From a virus: DNA of 64,000 nucleotides. The notes under the pieces are model-generated. The model was not told where the DNA came from. It did no database searches and saw only the letters and a program-made list of their open reading frames with translations. The stretch is from the IMG/VR virus record IMGVR_UViG_3300025646_000012, positions 32,001-96,000 of that record. One strand, given 5' to 3'. Both the position numbers and the translations under genes were made by a program. Positions 57,784-64,000 of this stretch are shown here, one piece after another; position 1 is the stretch's first letter, and every line of letters begins with the position of its first letter.

Positions 57784-58245
57784 ATGCCATACGAGTATAA
57801 TTGTACGATTAAAAGAATAGTTGACGGTGACACAGTTGACGTTGACATTGATTTAGGATTTAATATTATTCTTTCAGGAGAAAGAGTTCGTATCATGGGT
57901 ATTGATACCCCTGAATCAAGAACATCAGATCCAGTAGAAAAAATATTTGGTTTAGCAAGTAAGAAAAGATTACAAGAACTTCTAGGTGAAACCGCTATCC
58001 TTAAAACCGAAATAAGTCCAGACGGTGAGGATATGAAAGGCAAATTCGGTCGTATCCTTGGTGACTTCTTAACACCAGATGGACAGAGAGTAACTGAGAT
58101 ACTTATCAATGAAGGTCATGCTGTTCGTTATCACGGACAGAATAAAGCTGATGTACAAATAGCACATATGGCAAATCGGAATCTTCTTATGGAAAATGGC
58201 ACTGTTGATAAAGCCGATGTGCAGAAAGCACAGGAAGAAAAATAA
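57784..58245 (+). CDS. thermonuclease (SNase-like)
   Basis: 'RIVDGDTVD', 'RVR..GIDTPE', 'GKFGRILG'. Confidence 0.88.
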   Translation: MPYEYNCTIKRIVDGDTVDVDIDLGFNIILSGERVRIMGIDTPESRTSDPVEKIFGLASKKRLQELLGETAILKTEISPDGEDMKGKFGRILGDFLTPDGQRVTEILINEGHAVRYHGQNKADVQIAHMANRNLLMENGTVDKADVQKAQEEK

Positions 58246-58863
58246 ATGTCTGAGAAGGATCTAGGTGAAGGTCTCGAGAAATTTGATGAAGAGATTGAAA
58301 ACCTAAAGAATAAAGAGTTTCGACTATTCGGAATTAAAGTCACGGCTGTAACCATTGGTGCAGCCATGACTCTTATCAGCTCTGGTATTGGCGCTCTTTA
58401 TGGTGCATTTGTTGTGTACCAGGACTATATGGATATGAAGGAACAAATCCAAAGCTATGTAGCTCCAGATCTTTCCGGATTTCAGGAACAACTTTCGGTA
58501 CTAGATCAAAGGGTAAATGCAGCAGAGGATTCTGTTCTAGAAGCACGTGAATATACAAGAGATATTCGACTTGGTATTGCAGAGGATGTTACACAACTAG
58601 AGAATATTGTAAGTGCAACCGAAGATAGAATGAGAGAACTTGAAACCGATGTAAGGGATCAACTCAGAACAAGTGAACAAGAGGTTCGTACTGAAATTAG
58701 ATCTGCTGAGGAAAGATTTGATGCAATTCGTAATCGTATGATGTCCGACTTTGATCAGAAGCGTGATTCATTAGCTACAGACACAGATAGACAGATACGA
58801 GATCTAGAGACTCGTTTAGAACAAAGGATTCAACGAGCACTAGATAACCCACTTGCAAATTAA
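58246..58863 (+). CDS. single-TM anchored long coiled-coil protein
   Basis: Hydrophobic segment near residues 30-57, then about 130 aa of heptads, ending 'ALDNPLAN'. Confidence 0.7.
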   Translation: MSEKDLGEGLEKFDEEIENLKNKEFRLFGIKVTAVTIGAAMTLISSGIGALYGAFVVYQDYMDMKEQIQSYVAPDLSGFQEQLSVLDQRVNAAEDSVLEAREYTRDIRLGIAEDVTQLENIVSATEDRMRELETDVRDQLRTSEQEVRTEIRSAEERFDAIRNRMMSDFDQKRDSLATDTDRQIRDLETRLEQRIQRALDNPLAN

Positions 58864-58875
58864 TTAAATAAGGTG

Positions 58876-58904
58876 TTTACTTATAACAAGTAATGTGATA
58901 GAAT
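58876..58904 (+). promoter_or_regulatory. sigma70-like promoter
   Basis: TTTACT-17-TAGAAT with TG extension, upstream of the cell wall hydrolase. Confidence 0.6.
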
Positions 58905-58934
58905 ATAATCATAAAAATACTATGAGGCAGTGAA

Positions 58935-59414
58935 ATGAATATCCTATCAAATACAATTACAGGACTTGTAATGGTAGGTGCTGTAGTTGTGACCCTGGAT
59001 TGGGCCAAGGCTTCAGTAGAGGTCCAATCACGTGACATCGAGTGTTTGGCTCTAAATATCTACCACGAAGCTCGAGGCGAACCTGTTATAGGTCAAATTG
59101 CAGTAGCTCAGGTTACAATGAATCGAGTTGAACACGAATATTTTCCTGATGATGTTTGCTCTGTTGTATGGCAAAATGCTCAATTTAGTTGGACTCGTGA
59201 TGGACGATCGGATCGTATTCAAGATTATGATAGTTATACTGTAGCTTTAAGTGTTGCCGAAACCGTATATAATGATGAAGAAGATGACCCCACCGAAGGA
59301 TCTCTCTTTTATCATGCCACATATATTAAAGCCCCAGAATGGACTGAGTATATGGAAGTTTCAACAGAGATTGGCATTCATATTTTCTATAACTGGGATG
59401 GTAGTTGGAATTAA
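58935..59414 (+). CDS. SleB/Hydrolase_2 cell wall hydrolase
   Basis: 'CLALNIYHEARGE', 'VA.V..NRV', 'QFSW', 'D.T.G..FYHA', 'IG.HIFY'; N-terminal hydrophobic anchor. Confidence 0.9.
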   Translation: MNILSNTITGLVMVGAVVVTLDWAKASVEVQSRDIECLALNIYHEARGEPVIGQIAVAQVTMNRVEHEYFPDDVCSVVWQNAQFSWTRDGRSDRIQDYDSYTVALSVAETVYNDEEDDPTEGSLFYHATYIKAPEWTEYMEVSTEIGIHIFYNWDGSWN

Positions 59415-60514
59415 TCAAATCCGTAATCAATTACGCCAACATTACCTCTTTCAGGAAAATAATCTACCATTGATCCTTCTCTATATAGATCAAGAGTAAG
59501 GCAATGTAAACCACCATCATGGAAGAATCTATGTCTCCACGGGATATGGATTCCTTCCATTTTGTGTTTTTTAAGAAATGCATTTACCTCTTTATTATTT
59601 GGGTTATTGATACAAACGTGATTTTCATCCAATACCAAAACATTTACATCAAACACAGTTTCTTCTACATAACCGACCCAGTTATCCAACCAATTTTCCA
59701 CAAATAATGTGAATTCAATATTATCTTCTTCTCCTGGAACCCACCATTTTCCTCTTACATGTTGTTTTATTTGTAAAAATCCATCAACTTTATCCCAACT
59801 TTGATTTGGTAAGTAACATACATCCCATTCAGGAAAAGTTTTATCATATGTTTGAATTTCTCTTAAACTTATAATTGCACCTGGTTTTATAGTATGAAAA
59901 CATGCATCGCTATGACCACCATGATGTAAATAATTTAATCTTATGTCTTTTGTTTTACTTAATAGTTTTTGTTTATGAAGTTCAATAATTTTTAAATCAC
60001 CTTGATCTATATAAAGATCCTTTCCAACCACAGTATAACTTGGAGCGTCGATTACATTATTATCAAAATCTCGAGGTTTAATATTTATTTTTATATTTTT
60101 TCTTAAATCTATAACATCTTTATTATTATAATTATGCAATAATTTTATCCAATAATTTTTAAATTCATTATTAGTATATACAATTCTATTTCCTAGTACA
60201 AATTGTGCATCTCTAGGAAATAGAGGAGGACGTGGTACACCACCTGAGCTACCCTTTAGTCTTCCTTTATTGTCAACATAATTCATAATATTATCATTCG
60301 GATCCATTTTAGGTCTTAAGACTTTACACCCGAAATCTTTTAATACCTTTTCAAAATACTCTAAATCTTCAAGAGTTTCTTCACATATTCTAAGAAGAAC
60401 ATCTCTTACGTTATTGTCCTTAATTCCATTATAGAATTCAGGCTTATAAGTATCACCAAGGACAACGACCTTTAATGGATCCCATTTGTTCCAAATATTA
60501 TAACGATTTTCCAT
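59411..60514 (-). CDS. amidinotransferase (glycine/inosamine-phosphate amidinotransferase family)
   Basis: 'W..W.PL..V..G', 'PRD', catalytic-type 'HSD' and 'GGLHC.T.D..R'; start may be 60514 or 60526. Confidence 0.85.
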   Translation of the reverse strand: MENRYNIWNKWDPLKVVVLGDTYKPEFYNGIKDNNVRDVLLRICEETLEDLEYFEKVLKDFGCKVLRPKMDPNDNIMNYVDNKGRLKGSSGGVPRPPLFPRDAQFVLGNRIVYTNNEFKNYWIKLLHNYNNKDVIDLRKNIKINIKPRDFDNNVIDAPSYTVVGKDLYIDQGDLKIIELHKQKLLSKTKDIRLNYLHHGGHSDACFHTIKPGAIISLREIQTYDKTFPEWDVCYLPNQSWDKVDGFLQIKQHVRGKWWVPGEEDNIEFTLFVENWLDNWVGYVEETVFDVNVLVLDENHVCINNPNNKEVNAFLKKHKMEGIHIPWRHRFFHDGGLHCLTLDLYREGSMVDYFPERGNVGVIDYGFD

Positions 60515-60524
60515 TGGAGTTCCC

Positions 60525-60965
60525 ATGATTTATTCCAGAATTAATTTAGAAAAGACAAACTATAAAGATAATTTAGATTGGAAAAAATTAAATTTATGGC
60601 CGCCTCATAGCGATTTAAATTTTAATACACTTAATTCTATCTATACCAAATATTGTCGATATAAGAATTTTAAAAGTGTCATGCCCATATTTGACAGTGA
60701 ATATATTGATATGTCAAATGATGTAATAGGATATTATTATAATAGAAAATTAGTTGCATTTAGTATTATTCGTAAACACGATAAAGAAAATATTGAGGCA
60801 ATTCAATTTGCTTGGGACTATGAAAATCCAAAATTAAACTTGGGAATTAAAACTCTTAAGAATGAATGTGCAGTATATAAGAGTAAAGGTTATAAGTACT
60901 TATATCTCGGTGAAGCTGCAGAATATAAAAAAATTAATGGTTATGAGGAATTAGGACCGATATAA
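60525..60965 (+). CDS. aminoacyl-tRNA-protein transferase C-domain-like (ATE/Bpt GNAT) protein
   Basis: 'LVAFS', 'F.WDY..PKL.LG......E....K..GY.YLYLG....YK' resembles ATE_C. Confidence 0.6.
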   Translation: MIYSRINLEKTNYKDNLDWKKLNLWPPHSDLNFNTLNSIYTKYCRYKNFKSVMPIFDSEYIDMSNDVIGYYYNRKLVAFSIIRKHDKENIEAIQFAWDYENPKLNLGIKTLKNECAVYKSKGYKYLYLGEAAEYKKINGYEELGPI

Positions 60966-61294
60966 TGGATGTATATACAATTTACGCTGATCATACCGAA
61001 AATGTAAATGCTCATGAATTTGTAGCATTTATGAAAAAATTTATGGATAAAATGGTAGAGATGGGTCGAATGGAAACCTATCGTATTACTCGTATGAAAC
61101 TTGGATTTCGTAGTATGGATCTACCAGAATTTCGTATTGATATGGAATTTAAAAATATGCAACAATTAGATGATGCTATGACTAGTGTTATTAGAAATGA
61201 ACAAAATATTGAAGGTGAACATGTTGGCTTTAACCATCTTGTGGATGTAGAAACAATCCAACATTTTCTATATAGAGACTTTCCTGATGAATAA
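60965..61294 (+). CDS. dimeric alpha/beta-barrel (EthD-like) protein
   Basis: Ferredoxin-like pattern, 'R.KLGF', 'EF..M.QLD.A', 'LYRDFP'; TAATG-coupled. Confidence 0.5.
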   Translation: MDVYTIYADHTENVNAHEFVAFMKKFMDKMVEMGRMETYRITRMKLGFRSMDLPEFRIDMEFKNMQQLDDAMTSVIRNEQNIEGEHVGFNHLVDVETIQHFLYRDFPDE

Positions 61295-61787
61295 GGTTGC
61301 AGAACTACAGCATGATGTAGAGAACTGGATACACGATTTCGTAAGTGTGTACAATGAGCAATTGGAAAATATTCCATGTCCGTTTGCAAAACAAGCTGTG
61401 GTTCGGCATCAAATTACATATGAAATAGCTGAAAGCGTATCCGATTTAGATAGACTGTGTATAAAATATAAAAATCCTGCCCTATGGGAAATCAAGGAAG
61501 TGCTTGTAATAGGACTGGTACCGCAGCTTATAAGTGCTATGACACTAGTAGATACGGTAGAAAGGTTAAATAAAGAGATTCTAATTCCAGCAGGACTCAT
61601 AGCACTTGAGGATCACCCTGATAATAAAGAAGTCATTTCCGATGTTGAAATGAATCAGGGCAAATGGGCTTTGATTCTTATCCAGTCAAAAGATAAATTA
61701 AAAAATGCAAGTAAAATACTTGAACGCCAAGGTTACTATAAAAATTGGACTCAAGAACAATTAGATGAAGTTGTTACGTGGAGATGA
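61287..61787 (+). CDS. hypothetical protein with CPFA motif (DUF1415-like)
   Basis: 'WI..FV......PCPFA', 'DHP', 'GYY..W'. Confidence 0.55.
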   Translation: MNKVAELQHDVENWIHDFVSVYNEQLENIPCPFAKQAVVRHQITYEIAESVSDLDRLCIKYKNPALWEIKEVLVIGLVPQLISAMTLVDTVERLNKEILIPAGLIALEDHPDNKEVISDVEMNQGKWALILIQSKDKLKNASKILERQGYYKNWTQEQLDEVVTWR

Positions 61788-61800
61788 AAATATAATCTAA

Positions 61801-61847
61801 TTATTACAAAACTGTTACCTGTTTGTTACAACCTCTAGATATATAAT
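61801..61847 (+). promoter_or_regulatory. Pho box (three 11-bp direct repeats) plus -10 element
   Basis: TTATTACAAAA/CTGTTACCTGT/TTGTTACAACC, then TATAAT at 61842, upstream of pstS. Confidence 0.7.
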
Positions 61848-61884
61848 TTGTTAGAATTTTTTACTAACAATAAAAGAGGTTCCA

Positions 61885-62868
61885 ATGAAAAATGTATTTT
61901 TACTAACTGCAGCACTTTCCCTTGCAGCAACTACCGCTTATGCTCGTGATAATATCCAAATTACTGGATCCAGTACTGTTCTCCCATATGCAACTATTGT
62001 TGCGGAAGCATTTGGTGAAAACTTTGATTTTCCAACGCCAATTGTAGAAGGTGGTGGTTCTGGTGCCGGTCGTAAAAGACTTTGTGAAGGTGTAGGTACT
62101 AATACTGTTGATATTGCTAACAGTAGTTCTAAAATGAAAGAAGAAGAATGGGCAGCTTGTGAAGCAGCAATTGGTCCAATCACAGAAGTTCGTATTGGTT
62201 ATGATGGCATCGTATTTGCCAGCCGTAATGAAAATCAAGGTTTTAATAACTTAACTCCAGCTCACATCTACCTTGCTATCAGTGCAAGATCAACTGTTAC
62301 TAACTGGCAAGAGGTTGACCCATCACTTCCTAACCGTGACATCTTAGTCTATATTCCAGGAACCAAACACGGCACACGTGAAGTGTTTGATATTAAAGTA
62401 ATGGAAGAAGGCTGTAAGATGGTAGGGACCTACGATCTTATTATGAGACAAAATGGTGGTGATGCCAAGGCTGCTACTGCTGAATGTGTTACAGTTCGTA
62501 CAGACAGTGTTGCAATAGATATTGATGGTGATTATACCGAAACACTTTCCAGAATGGAAAATAATACCAATGGTATTGGTGTATTTGGTCTAAGTTTCTT
62601 ACTTAATAACACATCAACTCTATATGCTGCTACAATGAACGGCGTATCTGCCAGTGCAGAAACCATTGCTAGTGGTGAATATCCTGTAAGTCGTCCACTT
62701 TATTTCTATATAAAGAATGCACACCTAGATGTAATACCTGGTTTAAGAGATTACATTCAATTCTTTATGAGTGATGATATGGCAGGACCAAACGGACCTC
62801 TAGCAGAATATGGCTTGGTATCAGATCCTGAACTGGCTGAAACTCAGAAAATGTTATCAGGTCTTTAA
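61885..62868 (+). CDS. pstS: phosphate ABC transporter substrate-binding protein
   Basis: Signal peptide, 'GSSTV.P', 'GGSG.G', 'DIAN.S', 'GYDG', 'GT...F', 'YP.SRPL..Y'. Confidence 0.93.
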   Translation: MKNVFLLTAALSLAATTAYARDNIQITGSSTVLPYATIVAEAFGENFDFPTPIVEGGGSGAGRKRLCEGVGTNTVDIANSSSKMKEEEWAACEAAIGPITEVRIGYDGIVFASRNENQGFNNLTPAHIYLAISARSTVTNWQEVDPSLPNRDILVYIPGTKHGTREVFDIKVMEEGCKMVGTYDLIMRQNGGDAKAATAECVTVRTDSVAIDIDGDYTETLSRMENNTNGIGVFGLSFLLNNTSTLYAATMNGVSASAETIASGEYPVSRPLYFYIKNAHLDVIPGLRDYIQFFMSDDMAGPNGPLAEYGLVSDPELAETQKMLSGL

Positions 62869-62883
62869 TTTACCGAATAATAT

Positions 62884-62914
62884 AAAAAAGGCGGCATTTA
62901 GCCGCCTTTTCTTT
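62884..62914. terminator. bidirectional terminator
   Basis: AAAAAAGGCGGC-attta-GCCGCCTTTT between convergent pstS and OMP genes. Confidence 0.85.
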
Positions 62915-62937
62915 ATTTTTTACCGAATAAGGTAAAA

Positions 62938-63297
62938 TCAGAATGCTAGACGAGTACCGATAGTTACGTCACCGAACTCAAAGTCTGCATCAGCTGAAAC
63001 TTCACCGTATACTTCTACAGCGCCATACTGATATGCGGCATCAAAATCCACACCAGTGAAAAGATCATTGTCAGTGTTTAGGTCTAGAAGATCCCAAGTA
63101 GTTTCTGCATTGAAAGTTACGCCCCACTTTGAGAAGCCAGCGCCAGTAGTAAGATCCAAAGCATAATCCTCTACACCAGTAGTGTAGTTAAAATCAACTT
63201 CGCCGCCGATGTTAATACCAGTGTCGCCAAGTTCCCAAGCTGAAGCAGCAGACGCTGCGCCAAAAAGTACTGCAGTTGCAAGAAGAATATTTTTCAT
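62938..63297 (-). CDS. small outer-membrane beta-barrel (porin-like) protein
   Basis: Signal peptide (ASA|W), alternating amphipathic strands, terminal Phe ('TIGTRLAF'). Confidence 0.7.
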   Translation of the reverse strand: MKNILLATAVLFGAASAASAWELGDTGINIGGEVDFNYTTGVEDYALDLTTGAGFSKWGVTFNAETTWDLLDLNTDNDLFTGVDFDAAYQYGAVEVYGEVSADADFEFGDVTIGTRLAF

Positions 63298-63319
63298 TTT
63301 AGTTCCCTATTGTTTGAAT

Positions 63320-63622
63320 GAAAGTGCAACTTTTCTGTTTCTAGGTAAGTTGCCAACCCACCAGCATTAGGCCGCTAGGGCGTAACCTGTAGGAGCAAAG
63401 TTATCGTTTGCATTTAGTTTAATTGACCGATACGAGGTCATCCGGTAAACTCCACTCTATCTTCACACCTGTCGATCCTAATTTCGACCCCATCAAAGAT
63501 ACACTGCCAAACGGCGTAAAGCCTGTCCCCGTGTAACTGAATACCCTAAACAGTGTATCTATGGTGGAGTCGCTGGGTACCGCCCCCAGGTCCAGAATGT
63601 GTCCACGTCGCTTCAACGTTTA
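63320..63622 (-). ncRNA. ssrA: two-piece (circularly permuted) tmRNA
   Basis: Acceptor piece ...CTGGG-GGCGGTA-CCCAG-CGACTCCACCA (ends 63562) precedes GGGGTCG (starts 63491); G3-U70 pair; tag ANDNFAPTGYALAA* at 63411-63367; outer ends approximate. Confidence 0.92.
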
Positions 63623-63695
63623 CAAGTATATTTAATCATATTACATGGTAAATGTAAACAACTAAATTTAAAAATTATTGTGTGTATTATTTATG

Positions 63696-63980
63696 TCACA
63701 ATTGATTATCATGAATATAAAGTTGAATGATTGCATAGTGCAGAATCTTCATAAGATCCTTACGAGCATCATCACGAGTGCCTTTATTTCCATAACGATT
63801 GGAATACTTATCGACATTTCCCATACAGAAACCTGTACCGTGACCACGGTCAATGATTACTTCTGTTGATTGAATCTTGTGTTTGGAATAGTGTTGTCCA
63901 TATGTACTATCAATATATTCTTGAATCTCTTGAATATATTTGCCTTCATTAAATTTATAATCAATCATTTCATTATCCAT
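63696..63980 (-). CDS. DUF3310-like (T7 gp1.7 nucleotide kinase-related) protein
   Basis: 'HY', 'GFCMGN..KY..RYG.KG', 'DL.K..HY'. Confidence 0.7.
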   Translation of the reverse strand: MDNEMIDYKFNEGKYIQEIQEYIDSTYGQHYSKHKIQSTEVIIDRGHGTGFCMGNVDKYSNRYGNKGTRDDARKDLMKILHYAIIQLYIHDNQL

Positions 63981-64000
63981 AGATTAAGAGTAGTTGGTTG

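Noticed and set aside
54999-58863. Curli (csg) operon or ordinary spanin/lysis cassette as the explanation of the exported-protein cluster
   Set aside because: No curlin repeats or CsgG-sized lipoprotein and no clear lipobox for an o-spanin. The TM coiled-coil protein alone could be i-spanin-like, so a lysis role is disfavoured but not excluded.
62868-62930. TTTACCGAATAA direct repeat flanking the pstS/OMP terminator
   Set aside because: Only 12 bp in an AT-rich spacer; could be a junction scar but too short to support a claim.
63540-63600. Possible stand-alone tRNA or attP (TGGTGGAG... 3' end)
   Set aside because: It has no anticodon arm of its own and pairs with the GGGGTCG piece as part of the permuted tmRNA; no integrase in the window.
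63419-63616. 65-aa minus-strand ORF in the track
   Set aside because: Coincides with the tmRNA acceptor piece and intervening segment; the RNA structure explains the sequence.

Overview
A 64 kb segment of an AT-rich T4-like (myovirus) phage genome. It holds a tail fibre, the neck/tail/packaging/head block (gp13-gp23), the replication/recombination block (gp3, uvsY, uvsW, gp55, gp47, gp46, gp45, gp44, gp62, regA, gp43, uvsX, gp41, thyX) and a large accessory load. An alphaproteobacterial host (possibly Rhodobacterales-like) is inferred from a circularly permuted two-piece tmRNA (tag ANDNFAPTGYALAA), a ROSE-type RNA thermometer before hsp20, and a pstS gene with a Pho box. Very AT-rich tailoring-enzyme genes (glycosyltransferases, methyltransferase, sulfotransferase, radical SAM, cupin/2OG oxygenases, amidinotransferase) are wedged between core genes, and two carry duplicated junction sequences. 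The best candidate for an undescribed system is a late-promoter operon at 55035-58863 made mostly of envelope-targeted proteins. It encodes a fimbrial pilin-like subunit, a single-domain PapD-like chaperone, two Cys-bracketed beta-hairpin proteins, a putative adhesin and a membrane-anchored coiled coil, with no usher, suggesting a phage-encoded pilus/surface-fibre assembly module. All protein assignments come from motif recognition and synteny by eye; no database searches were run.
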